Sequence record: SRR31156797_1995
Length of the DNA stretch: 64,000 nt
Reading direction: 5' to 3' (one strand)
Below the pieces are notes generated by a model. That model did no database searches, was not told where the DNA came from, and was given only the letters and a program-made list of their open reading frames with translations. Position numbers and translations under genes: made by a program. Position 1 is the stretch's first letter. Each line of letters starts with the position of its first letter. Positions 10,068-19,756 of this stretch are shown here, in pieces.

Positions 10068-12518
10068 ATGAAGGTATCGTACAAATGGCTGAAAGATTAT
10101 ATTGACATTGATCTTTCTCCTGCAGAAATGGATGAGATTCTAACTCAAATTGGATTAGAAGTTGGTGGAATCGAGAAGTTTCAGTCTATTAAAGGTGGAT
10201 TGGAAGGATTGGTGATTGGTGAGGTTAAAACTTGCGTACCACATACAAACTCAGACCATTTAAGCATTACTAGCGTTGATGTTAACGGCGAAGATCTTCT
10301 ACCTATTGTTTGTGGAGCACCAAACGTTGCTGCAGGACAAAAAGTAGTAGTTGCTACAGTTGGAACAGTATTGTACGATGGCGATGATAGCTTTACCATT
10401 AAGAAATCGAAGATCAGAGGTGAGCTTTCGATGGGCATGATTTGTGCTGAAGACGAAATTGGACTAGGTAAAGGTCATGATGGTATTATGGTTCTTCCTG
10501 AAAATGCTGTAGTAGGAACTCCTGCTGCAAAATACTTCAATATTGAAGATGATTTGACCATTGAAATCGATTTGACTCCAAACCGTATCGACGGAGCATC
10601 ACACATTGGTGTGGCTCGTGATATGGCTGCATACCTAAAGCAACAAAAAGATATTGATTATAAATTGCCTTCGGTTGAGGATTTTAAAGTTGAGAATACC
10701 AACTTGCCTATAGAAGTTAAGGTCGAAAACAACGAAGCTTGTCACCGTTACTCAGGTGTTTGTATCAGTGGCGTTAAAGTTGCTGATTCGCCAGAATGGT
10801 TGCAAAATCGTTTGAAAGCAATTGGTTTAAGCCCAATCAACAACATTGTGGATATTACCAACTACGTGTTGTTTGAAACAGGTCAGCCATTACATGCTTT
10901 CGATTACGCTAAAGTAAATGGCAACAAAGTATTGGTTAAAACCTTAGCTGATGGTACTCAATTCACAACACTTGACGAAGTTGAACGTGAATTGAACGAG
11001 AAAGATTTAATGATTTGCAACGAAGAAGCACCAATGTGTATCGCAGGTGTGTTTGGTGGAATTGAATCAGGCGTAAGCGATTCAACAACTGACATCTTCC
11101 TGGAGAGTGCTTATTTCGATTCAGTATTTGTTCGTAAAACTGCTCGTCGCCACGGATTAAATACCGATGCATCATTCCGTTTTGAGCGTGGAACTGATCC
11201 TAACAACACCATTTATGCTATGAAACGTGCGGCTCTTTTAATCAAAGAGATCGCAGGTGGTAAAATTGCATCTGAAGTTGTAGATATCTATCCAAACCCT
11301 GTTGCCGATTTTAAAGTTGAAGTAAGCGTTGAGCGTATCGAAAACTTAATTGGAAAACAGATTGGGAAAGAAACCATCAAAAATATTCTGGAAGCTCTTG
11401 AAATCAAGATCGAAAAAGAAGATGGTGATATTTTGAACCTTTTGGTTCCTCCTTACCGTGTTGATGTAAAGCGTGAAGCTGATATCGTGGAGGAAGTTCT
11501 TCGTATTTATGGTTTCAACAATGTTGAAGTTCCTTCAAAAGTAAATGCAACTTTAAGCTATGCACCAAAACCAGATGAACACAAACTAAGAAACATTATT
11601 GCAGACATGTTGACTGGTGCTGGTTTTGCTGAAATCATGAACAATTCGTTAACCAAAGCTTCCTATTATGAAGGATTGGAAAGTTTAAAACTTGAGAGTA
11701 CAGTTCGCATTTTTAATCCACTTAGTGGCGATTTGAACGCAATGCGCCAGAGTCTACTATTTGGTGGTTTAGAATGTGTGGCATACAATATTAACCGTAG
11801 AAATGCTGATTTAAAATTCTACGAGTTCGGTAAATCATATCAGCACATTGTGAATCCTGAGAATGAAAATCCGGTTGACAACTATTTCGAAAGCGAGAAG
11901 TTAGGATTGTTCATGTGTGGTAATAAAACCACTGCAAACTGGAATTTGAAAGAAGAACCAACAAACTTCTTCCACATGAAAGCATTTGTTGAAAATGTAT
12001 TGAAACGTTTAGGATTCCAGATCGATAAACTGAGAATTAAGGAAACTGAAAACGATCAGTTTACCGAAGGCTTGAGCTACGGTATCAAGAAAAGAGTATT
12101 GGTTGAAGTAGGAATGGTTAGCGGTAAAATTTTGAAAAACATGGATGTTGACAATCCTGTTTACTATGCTGATTTCGATTGGGCTTTACTAATTAAGGAA
12201 GCAATGAAGAATAAGGTAACTTACACTGAATTGCCAAAGTATCCTGCTGTGAAGCGTGACTTAGCATTACTAATCGACAAGAAGATTACCTTTGCTGAGA
12301 TTAAAACAATCGCTTTCAACTGCGAGAAGAAACTATTAAAGTCTGTTTCTTTATTCGACGTTTACGAAGGAGAAAAACTAGGTGCTGATAAAAAATCATA
12401 CGCCGTTAGTTTCATTCTTCAGGACACTGAAAAAACATTGAACGACAAGCAGATTGATAAAATCATGCAGAAACTAATTAAGAGCTACGAAAAACAATTG
12501 GGAGCTGAGCTTCGTTAA
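10068..12518 (+). CDS. pheT: Phenylalanine--tRNA ligase beta subunit
   Basis: MKVSYKWL, IVCGAPNV, DLTPNRID, TDASFRFERG, C-terminal anticodon-binding domain; 816 aa. Confidence 0.98.
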   Translation: MKVSYKWLKDYIDIDLSPAEMDEILTQIGLEVGGIEKFQSIKGGLEGLVIGEVKTCVPHTNSDHLSITSVDVNGEDLLPIVCGAPNVAAGQKVVVATVGTVLYDGDDSFTIKKSKIRGELSMGMICAEDEIGLGKGHDGIMVLPENAVVGTPAAKYFNIEDDLTIEIDLTPNRIDGASHIGVARDMAAYLKQQKDIDYKLPSVEDFKVENTNLPIEVKVENNEACHRYSGVCISGVKVADSPEWLQNRLKAIGLSPINNIVDITNYVLFETGQPLHAFDYAKVNGNKVLVKTLADGTQFTTLDEVERELNEKDLMICNEEAPMCIAGVFGGIESGVSDSTTDIFLESAYFDSVFVRKTARRHGLNTDASFRFERGTDPNNTIYAMKRAALLIKEIAGGKIASEVVDIYPNPVADFKVEVSVERIENLIGKQIGKETIKNILEALEIKIEKEDGDILNLLVPPYRVDVKREADIVEEVLRIYGFNNVEVPSKVNATLSYAPKPDEHKLRNIIADMLTGAGFAEIMNNSLTKASYYEGLESLKLESTVRIFNPLSGDLNAMRQSLLFGGLECVAYNINRRNADLKFYEFGKSYQHIVNPENENPVDNYFESEKLGLFMCGNKTTANWNLKEEPTNFFHMKAFVENVLKRLGFQIDKLRIKETENDQFTEGLSYGIKKRVLVEVGMVSGKILKNMDVDNPVYYADFDWALLIKEAMKNKVTYTELPKYPAVKRDLALLIDKKITFAEIKTIAFNCEKKLLKSVSLFDVYEGEKLGADKKSYAVSFILQDTEKTLNDKQIDKIMQKLIKSYEKQLGAELR

Positions 12519-12538
12519 TTGTAATTAGATATTAATTG

Positions 12539-12571
12539 AAAGCCGATTCCATAGGGAATCGGCTTTTTTTT
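12539..12571 (+). terminator. Intrinsic terminator of pheT
   Basis: AAAGCCGATTCC-ATAG-GGAATCGGCTTT followed by a T tract. Confidence 0.85.
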
Positions 12572-12675
12572 ATCTCGTTTATAAACAATTCAGCAATATC
12601 CGATCTCTGTAATCAATGAGATCATTCCCATCCCCGGAATAATTCCCGAGGCAAAATATATTCTACACCATTTAC

Positions 12676-12732
12676 TTGGAACTTGTTTTTTGAGAGTTTG
12701 GAGTTTGGAACTTAGAGCGTAGAACTTGGAGC
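12676..12732. repeat. Degenerate heptamer tandem repeat (TTGGAAC/TTGGAGT-like, about 8 units)
   Basis: TTGGAAC TTGTTTTT TGAGAGT TTGGAGT TTGGAAC TTAGAGC GTAGAAC TTGGAGC. Confidence 0.7.
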
Positions 12733-12829
12733 CTGCTCTCCCCTTTAACATTTACTTAACCATTCCAATAAAATACCAAAAGGTATTTTTACTACTTTGC
12801 ACTCCAATTTTTAATTTAAATGCAAGAAG

Positions 12830-13363
12830 ATGTCAATATTGAGTTTTGGAGAGTATAAAGATGGAATTAGCTATAAAGTTTTAAATGAAAGAGAAGTGCG
12901 TGCCACGGCTGGACTATTATTCTTTACCATTTTGATAACCCTAATAGCTGCCGTATTTTTTAAGAAATACGCTCCTATTCCCTATGTATCAGGCTTCATA
13001 ATGCTCAATTTTGCAATTGCAATATTTATCAACCCTAAATTTGCCCCAGCGAATATTCTTGCTCGTCTTATCGTGATTAAACAAAAACCTATTTACATTG
13101 GTGCAGTACAAAAACGCTTTGCCTGGAGTTTGGGATTAGCATTATCTGCTTTGGCATTCTTTTTATCTATTCAACTGCAGAGCGATGCCTCTTTATTTGA
13201 GCCAGTATGTATGATTTGCCTAATATGTATGCTGCTAATGTTTATAGAAACTGCATTTGGCATTTGCATAGGCTGTCAGATATACTTTTTAGGCATTCGC
13301 TTAAAGTTAGTAAAACAACCAGAAGTGAAACCGAATTGCATGGGAAATTCTTGCGAAGTTTAA
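12830..13363 (+). CDS. DUF4395 family membrane protein
   Basis: NEREVRATAG, QKRFAWSLG, ETAFGICIGC. Confidence 0.8.
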   Translation: MSILSFGEYKDGISYKVLNEREVRATAGLLFFTILITLIAAVFFKKYAPIPYVSGFIMLNFAIAIFINPKFAPANILARLIVIKQKPIYIGAVQKRFAWSLGLALSALAFFLSIQLQSDASLFEPVCMICLICMLLMFIETAFGICIGCQIYFLGIRLKLVKQPEVKPNCMGNSCEV

Positions 13364-13513
13364 GAATTAATATCAATTACTTACAATGATTCATAAGTCA
13401 ATTCCAAAAGAGTTGGCTTTTTTTGTGCATTCATAATTTATCAGTATTCCATTTGTTTAACACGGTGCTTTTTCTATTTTTGATAGCATTCATTTTAGAT
13501 TAAAATACAAAAT

Positions 13514-14182
13514 ATGAACCTCCTCCTAATTTCAGTAGCTCCAGTATTCATAATCCTTTTCTACATTTACTATCGCGACAAGTATGAAAAAGAGCCAATT
13601 CCTCTTTTGGCAACAGGACTTGGGGCAGGTATGATCATTACTGTACCTGTTATATTTGCAGAGCAAATGATCTCCTCTATTCTTCCACATATATTCACCA
13701 GAAAAATTGGCTTTGCCTTTGGTGATGCCTTTTTAGTAGCTGCGCTTTGCGAAGAGGCTTTTAAACTATTGGCTATTTACATTTTGGTATGGAAAAATCC
13801 AAACTTTAACGAACGATTCGATGGTATTGTTTATGCCGTTTTCGTATCGCTGGGTTTCGCCTTGGTGGAGAATATCATGTATGTTTTCTCGAACGGTATG
13901 GGCACCGGAATTGCAAGAGCATTTACTGCTGTTCCTGCACATGCCATGTTTGGTATCATGATGGGCTATTACTTGGGGCTAGCCAAATTTTCAACAAAAA
14001 AAAGAATTCCATTGTTCATGTTGGCATTCTTCATTCCTTTCCTTGTTCATGGAATCTACGATTTTATTTTAATGGTTCAAATAACTTGGGTCTTGATCCT
14101 TTTCTTCCCATTTTTAATTTACCTGATGTACAAAACAAATGCGAAAATGACCGAACTTAACAACAAATCGATATTCAGATAA
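13514..14182 (+). CDS. PrsW family intramembrane glutamic protease
   Basis: RDKYEKEP, EEAFK, GFALVEN, PAHAMFG, HGIYD. Confidence 0.9.
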   Translation: MNLLLISVAPVFIILFYIYYRDKYEKEPIPLLATGLGAGMIITVPVIFAEQMISSILPHIFTRKIGFAFGDAFLVAALCEEAFKLLAIYILVWKNPNFNERFDGIVYAVFVSLGFALVENIMYVFSNGMGTGIARAFTAVPAHAMFGIMMGYYLGLAKFSTKKRIPLFMLAFFIPFLVHGIYDFILMVQITWVLILFFPFLIYLMYKTNAKMTELNNKSIFR

Positions 14183-14311
14183 TGATGATTTTTGATATCT
14201 ACTAACATTCAAATCTATTTATGAATTTCATTTCGCAATAATTTCTGACAATCTACATTGATTATGATATAAAGTTAGGTATATTTGATATTATCAAAAT
14301 AATATTTAAAA

Positions 14312-14758
14312 ATGTTAAAAAAACAAAACCTCTTTTTATACTTATCTGTACTTGGTTTACTATTTAGTAGCTTATTAAGAATTCGCTTTAACCTATCGCC
14401 CAATTTTGAATTCTCAAACTTCTGGCTAAAAGTTCTACCTCTTCCTATATATGATTATGCTGGCAGTTCGAATGAAACACAACTTACATCAACAATAGTT
14501 GGTTACTTTTTTTACTTCATCGCTGGTTTAATCATGATTTGGGATGTGAGGAAAGATAAATTCCTATTTCCCATTGTTTGTGGTTTTCTTCTACTTACAG
14601 CATTTGCATCTTATCAGGAATATACATCACTAATTCAGGATATTAAATCAACTTACAAAGGACAACATATGAGAATTGGACCTGGTTTATTTGTCTTCTT
14701 CTTATGGCTAAGATACAGATACAAAAGAATGTATGAAACCAAACGGTATGCATTTTAA
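14312..14758 (+). CDS. Hypothetical membrane protein
   Basis: 148 aa with about 4 hydrophobic segments; no recognised motif. Confidence 0.6.
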   Translation: MLKKQNLFLYLSVLGLLFSSLLRIRFNLSPNFEFSNFWLKVLPLPIYDYAGSSNETQLTSTIVGYFFYFIAGLIMIWDVRKDKFLFPIVCGFLLLTAFASYQEYTSLIQDIKSTYKGQHMRIGPGLFVFFLWLRYRYKRMYETKRYAF

Positions 14759-14968
14759 AAAGGCAAATTTCTCAACAAAACATTAGGTTGATTACAGCAT
14801 TTTCTTCACACAACAAGCACACAATCAATCAACTATAAGGATGTCTCTATTCTTACAACAATTTCTTTTTCATATCTAATTCATAAAAATCATCTAAACC
14901 AAGTAGTGAGTAAAAAATTAAAAAAACACTAAATCGTTTGGAGAAATTAAAAATAGTCCGCACCTTCG

Positions 14969-14986
14969 TTTCGTAATTTTACGAAA
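14969..14986. promoter_or_regulatory. Putative ArsR operator
   Basis: Perfect 8-2-8 inverted repeat TTTCGTAA-TT-TTACGAAA, 10 nt upstream of the arsR ATG. Confidence 0.7.
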
Positions 14987-14996
14987 TACGAAACAT

Positions 14997-15299
14997 ATGG
15001 AAGAAGTTAAAGAGTTTTATTCCGTTGATGAAAAACAGCTGGCAAGATTTGCCAAGGCATTATCGCACCCAGTAAGGGTATACATTTGCGATATCTTGTC
15101 AAAACAATCTTGCTGTTATAGTGGCGATTTAGCCGCCGAAGTACCAATAGCGCGTTCTACTCTATCGCAACACCTTAAAGAATTAAAAAACTCAGGTTTG
15201 ATTCAGGGAGAAATTACTCCTCCAAAAATCAAATACTGCTTAAATAAAGAGAATTGGGCAGAGGCTCAACGACTATTCAAAGATTTTTTTAAACAATAA
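14997..15299 (+). CDS. arsR: ArsR/SmtB family transcriptional repressor
   Basis: AKALSHPVR, SCCYSGDL, STLSQHLKELK winged HTH. Confidence 0.9.
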   Translation: MEEVKEFYSVDEKQLARFAKALSHPVRVYICDILSKQSCCYSGDLAAEVPIARSTLSQHLKELKNSGLIQGEITPPKIKYCLNKENWAEAQRLFKDFFKQ

Positions 15300-15313
15300 A
15301 CTATCAATCAGTT

Positions 15314-15550
15314 ATGGAAATTAAAGTATTAGGACCAGGTTGCAAAAAGTGTAATACTCTAGCTGAAGCAACAAACAAAGCGATTAACGAATTAGCAATA
15401 GAAGCAAATGTTGAAAAAATTGACGATATGGTGAAAATTTTGTCATATGGTGTAATGTCCACTCCTGCTTTAGTTATCAACGAAAAAGTTGTAGTAAGCG
15501 GTAAAGTACCATCGGTACCTGAAATTAAAGAGTTCATTCAAAACGCATAA
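15314..15550 (+). CDS. Small thioredoxin-like redox-active disulfide protein (MTH895/Thioredoxin_3 type)
   Basis: IKVLGPGCKKC, YGVMSTPALVIN; 78 aa. Confidence 0.9.
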   Translation: MEIKVLGPGCKKCNTLAEATNKAINELAIEANVEKIDDMVKILSYGVMSTPALVINEKVVVSGKVPSVPEIKEFIQNA

Positions 15551-15553
15551 AAA

Positions 15554-15588
15554 GCTGATAGCTGTTGGCTGATAGCTGACAGCTAAAA
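15554..15588. repeat. Degenerate heptamer tandem repeat (GCTGATA-like x5)
   Basis: GCTGATA GCTGTTG GCTGATA GCTGACA GCTAAAA. Confidence 0.75.
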
Positions 15589-15621
15589 CTCCAATACCTA
15601 AAACAATTAAATTCAAACACA

Positions 15622-16092
15622 ATGAAAAATACGATTACAATTGGAATTCTAGCATTAGGATTAAGCTTTGGAGCTTGCCAATCGAATACTAAAAAAGAAA
15701 CTGCAAAAGCAGAACAAGAAACCGAATGCAAAAGTGATTGTACTAAATGCGAAAAAACATCGGAAACAAAATTAGCTGTCAACAAAAGCGAAGATGCTGG
15801 TGTATACTATTTCCATGGCGATAGAAGGTGCAAAACCTGTAAAGCAGTTGGTGCTAAAGCCAAAGAAGTAGCAGAAAGTTTAAAGGCAAATTTCTTCGAT
15901 GTAAACTTTGATCAGGCAGAAAACAAAGAATTGGCAAAACAATTTCAAGCCAGTAGCTCTGGTTTATATATTAAAAGTGCAAAATCTGGCAAAATTGAAG
16001 ATCTAACAACCTTTGCTTTCCGTAACGCAATTAATGATACCCCAGCTTACGTGGAGAAATTACAAACCGTAATTAAAGCAGAACTACAATAA
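15622..16092 (+). CDS. ArsF-family thioredoxin-fold lipoprotein
   Basis: Lipobox SFGAC; YYFHGDRRCKTC motif; located in an ars cluster. Confidence 0.75.
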   Translation: MKNTITIGILALGLSFGACQSNTKKETAKAEQETECKSDCTKCEKTSETKLAVNKSEDAGVYYFHGDRRCKTCKAVGAKAKEVAESLKANFFDVNFDQAENKELAKQFQASSSGLYIKSAKSGKIEDLTTFAFRNAINDTPAYVEKLQTVIKAELQ

Positions 16093-16099
16093 ACTGTAA

Positions 16100-16804
16100 A
16101 TGGAATACTTAGATCAATTACTAGCGCAAAGCAATTTTCCAATATTTTCAGCTTTTTTATTAGGTTTAATGACCGCCATTAGCCCTTGCCCATTGGCCAC
16201 GAATATTACTGCAACAGCATATATCAGTAAAAATTTGGGCAATAAAAGAAAAATTTTCTTCAATGGACTGATTTATACTTTGGGTAGAGCAATTAGTTAC
16301 ACAGCTGTTGGAGCAATTCTTTTTTTTGGAGCCAGCAAGTTTGATATTTCCAGTTTCTTCCACACTTATGGTGAAAGATTACTAGGTCCTTTATTGATTG
16401 TTATTGGCGTATTCATGTTGGATTTAATATCGATCAATTTCCCTGGAGTTGGTAATCTAACCGAGAAATTGAATGGTGAGAAAATCCGTGGTAAATATTG
16501 GGGAGCCTTACTTATGGGGATGATTTTCGCTTTGGCTTTTTGTCCGTATAGTGGTGTCCTTTATTTTGGCATGCTAATTCCACTTACAATCTCACAAGCT
16601 GATGGATTAATACTTCCAATTGTTTTTGCAATTGCAACAGGATTACCTGTAATCATCATTGCATATTTATTAGCCTTTACCCTTTCGGGAGTAGGTAATT
16701 TTTACAATAAAGTGAAGAGTTTTGAATACTGGTTTAGAAAAGTAGCTGCCATTATTTTTATTGTTGCAGGTCTATATTTTACTTACATATTTTTCATTCA
16801 ATAA
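16100..16804 (+). CDS. ArsG-family (CcdA/DsbD-like) membrane protein
   Basis: LGLMTAISPCPLATNI and FALAFCPYSG motifs; 6 TM. Confidence 0.8.
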   Translation: MEYLDQLLAQSNFPIFSAFLLGLMTAISPCPLATNITATAYISKNLGNKRKIFFNGLIYTLGRAISYTAVGAILFFGASKFDISSFFHTYGERLLGPLLIVIGVFMLDLISINFPGVGNLTEKLNGEKIRGKYWGALLMGMIFALAFCPYSGVLYFGMLIPLTISQADGLILPIVFAIATGLPVIIIAYLLAFTLSGVGNFYNKVKSFEYWFRKVAAIIFIVAGLYFTYIFFIQ

Positions 16805-16818
16805 ATAGATTCGAAAAA

Positions 16819-17856
16819 ATGATCAAATCAATTCAACTGACAAATAACAAACAGCTAATTTGGATTCTGTTGTTATTACCAGTTTGGTACATATTATATA
16901 TCAACTTACAGAATATTTCAGATTATATAATTGATGGAATATTTTCAATGCCTAAAGAATCTCACCTTACAGAAACTCTTAGATTCTTTATTTTTGAAGT
17001 ACCAAAAGTTTTGCTCCTACTAATTCTAATTATTTTCGGAGTAGGAATAATTCGCAGCTATTTTTCTCCTGAGAAAACAAGAAAAGCCTTAGCGGGCAAA
17101 TCAACTTTTTTTGGAAACGTATCTGCAGCTTTGTTGGGTGTACTAACACCATTTTGTTCATGCTCTGCAATTCCTTTATTTTTAGGATTTGTAGAAGCCG
17201 GTGTTCCTTTAGGTGTTACTTTCAGTTTCCTGATAGCTGCTCCTATGGTAAACGAAATTGCCTTAATTATGCTAGTAGGCTTATTTGGCTGGAAAACAGC
17301 AATTATCTACACTCTTACGGGATTATTAATTGCCATTTTCGCTGGTTGGTTAATTGGTGCTTTAAAATTGGAAAAATACGTTCACGAATGGGTTTTCCAG
17401 GTTAAAACAGGACAAGTAGAAGGTGATGAAACCAAAATTCCATTTTCTGAAAGAATTAAATCGGGCGTAGATTCAGTTAAAGAAATTGTTGGGAAAATCT
17501 GGCTGTATATTGTTATTGGTGTAGCTATTGGTGCAGGAGCTCATGGTTATGTTCCAGAAGATTTCATGGCAAGTCTAATGGGAAAATCAGCCTGGTATTC
17601 GGTTCCTTTATCAATAATTATTGGAATACCAATGTATTCTAATGCTGCAGGAATTATCCCAATTGTAAGTGTTCTGATAGAAAAAGGAGCATCTCTGGGC
17701 ACTGCATTAGCATTTATGATGTCAGTAATAGGGTTATCCCTACCTGAAGTAATCATTCTTAAAAAAGTTTTAAAAATGCCTTTGATATTGGCTTTTGTCG
17801 GAATTGTAGCATCAGGAATTCTACTCGTCGGATTTATTTTTAACTTTATCTATTAA
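16819..17856 (+). CDS. ArsP-family (DUF318) permease
   Basis: TPFCSCSAIP, FLIAAPMVNE, GIPMYSNAAG, GLSLPE. Confidence 0.88.
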   Translation: MIKSIQLTNNKQLIWILLLLPVWYILYINLQNISDYIIDGIFSMPKESHLTETLRFFIFEVPKVLLLLILIIFGVGIIRSYFSPEKTRKALAGKSTFFGNVSAALLGVLTPFCSCSAIPLFLGFVEAGVPLGVTFSFLIAAPMVNEIALIMLVGLFGWKTAIIYTLTGLLIAIFAGWLIGALKLEKYVHEWVFQVKTGQVEGDETKIPFSERIKSGVDSVKEIVGKIWLYIVIGVAIGAGAHGYVPEDFMASLMGKSAWYSVPLSIIIGIPMYSNAAGIIPIVSVLIEKGASLGTALAFMMSVIGLSLPEVIILKKVLKMPLILAFVGIVASGILLVGFIFNFIY

Positions 17857-17883
17857 ATAGATATGAGTTAAGAAATTTCCAGC

Positions 17884-18306
17884 ATGCAGAAAAATGCTTC
17901 AAATACAAAAATTACTAACCCTGTCGTTTTGTTCGACGGGGTTTGTAATTTATGTAACACTTCGGTTCGCTTTCTTCTTGCCTACAATCGCAAAGAGAAC
18001 CTACATTTCGCTCCACTTCAATCTGAATATGCACAACAACATCTTAAAGTCCTAAATTTACACAATGAAGATTTTAGAACTGTCGTTTTCATTGAAAATG
18101 GGCAAGTATTCACAAAAAGCACAGCAGCCTTTGAGATTGCCAAACATCTAATCTATCCTTGGAAAATTATCTATCATTTCAGATTCATACCTAAAAAACT
18201 GACCAATTGGTTGTATGATATTATTTCCATGAACCGCTACAAGGTATTCGGCAGAAAAAAAGATTGCATGATTCCTAAACCTGAATGGCAAAATCGCTTT
18301 CATTAG
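17884..18306 (+). CDS. DCC1-like thiol-disulfide oxidoreductase (DUF393)
   Basis: VLFDGVCNLC, FAPLQS, NRYKVFG..C. Confidence 0.9.
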   Translation: MQKNASNTKITNPVVLFDGVCNLCNTSVRFLLAYNRKENLHFAPLQSEYAQQHLKVLNLHNEDFRTVVFIENGQVFTKSTAAFEIAKHLIYPWKIIYHFRFIPKKLTNWLYDIISMNRYKVFGRKKDCMIPKPEWQNRFH

Positions 18307-18311
18307 AGCAC

Positions 18312-18341
18312 AAAAAAACCGGAACCATTACGATTCCGGTT
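18312..18341 (-). terminator. Intrinsic terminator downstream of pfkA
   Basis: AACCGGAA...TTCCGGTT stem with an A7 tract on + (U tract on -). Confidence 0.7.
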
Positions 18342-18363
18342 GAAAATATTTTTTTGTTTCGAA

Positions 18364-19458
18364 TTAGTCTCCGAATGCAATTCCAACACCTTTTGCAGTC
18401 TGAACCAAGTTCGCTTTTGGATCAACAAGGTTCTGTTGTCCGATAGCCTCTGGAAGAGGTACGCCAACAACTTCAGGGTGACGGTAAGCAACCATCTGTC
18501 CAAATTTTCCTTCCAATACCATTTCGAATGCCTTAACACCGAACTGAGTAGCTAAAACACGGTCGTAAGCTACAGGAATACCACCACGTTGTAGGTGACC
18601 TAAAACAGTAGTACGAATATCAGCTTCAACACCAGCAGCTTTTAATTCAGCAGCTAAACGATCAGCAGCACCCGCTAATTTCAAGTTAGGGTTACCAACT
18701 TCAGTACTTTCCTCAGCTAAAGCAGTACCACCTTTAGGCATAGCTCCTTCAGCAACAACGATAATACCAAAACCTTTTCCCTTCAAGAAACGAGTATCCA
18801 ACTTCTGCTTAACCTTCTTAATATCATAAGGAATCTCAGGAATCAAACAAGCTTCTGCACCACCTGCAATAGCAGCACTTAAAGCAATCCATCCCGCATC
18901 ACGTCCCATAGCTTCCAAAATGAAAACACGATTGTGAGAAGCAGCAGTAGTCTTCAACTTATCAACAGCTTCAGTACAAATCTGAACAGCAGTTTGATAA
19001 CCGAAAGTAAAATCGGTAGCTGAAAGGTCATTATCGATAGTCTTAGGCACACCAATAATGTTCAATCCTTTCTCGTAAAGTGCTTGCGAAATTTTTTGAG
19101 AACCATCACCACCAATACTAATTACAGCATCAACTCCCAAATATTGTAATTTACGAATCATCTCATCAGAACGGTCCGCAGATCCCCATGAGCCATCTTT
19201 GTTCTTTACAGGCCAAGCGAAAGGACCACCCTTTGTAGTAGTACCAATTATAGTTCCACCTTGATAGTGGATACCTTTAACTGCTGCATCATCTAATATC
19301 TTAATTTCTGTTGGTTCTTTCAAAATTCCATCGAAAGACTGAATACTTCCAACAACTTCCCAATCTTTTTCCTGAGCTGCACGTTTCACAACGGCGCGAA
19401 TCACAGCATTTAATCCTGGGCAATCACCACCCCCGGTTGCAACTAATACTCTTTTCAT
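18364..19458 (-). CDS. pfkA: 6-phosphofructokinase (PfkA family, group III-like)
   Basis: TGGGDCPGLN, GGTIIGT, IGGDGS, PKTIDND, MGRDAGW, LGHLQRGG; likely start ATG 19458. Confidence 0.93.
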   Translation of the reverse strand: MKRVLVATGGGDCPGLNAVIRAVVKRAAQEKDWEVVGSIQSFDGILKEPTEIKILDDAAVKGIHYQGGTIIGTTTKGGPFAWPVKNKDGSWGSADRSDEMIRKLQYLGVDAVISIGGDGSQKISQALYEKGLNIIGVPKTIDNDLSATDFTFGYQTAVQICTEAVDKLKTTAASHNRVFILEAMGRDAGWIALSAAIAGGAEACLIPEIPYDIKKVKQKLDTRFLKGKGFGIIVVAEGAMPKGGTALAEESTEVGNPNLKLAGAADRLAAELKAAGVEADIRTTVLGHLQRGGIPVAYDRVLATQFGVKAFEMVLEGKFGQMVAYRHPEVVGVPLPEAIGQQNLVDPKANLVQTAKGVGIAFGD

Positions 19459-19756
19459 AATTGTCAATTTAATATATTTCAATCAATTTGCTTGGCTAGC
19501 GCGGCTAAAATAAAAATATTTTTCCAAACCGGAACAAACATTTTCACAATCAATGAATTGCAATCGATTTCGAAATGTTTTTTTATAATGAATTTGAATT
19601 GGTAAATTTATAGTGCCACATCTTCACATTTAGTATAAGTTAAATTGAGGAAGAAAACCAACAAAATAAAGCTTTGGTTTTGAGCTTAAAAAGAACAAGA
19701 AAAGTTAGTATTATTACAGGCAACAAAAAAGTAAAACCAGTAAATCTTGATAAAAA

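Noticed and set aside
10068..12518. pheT without an adjacent pheS
   Set aside because: Separate pheS and pheT loci are normal in Bacteroidota.
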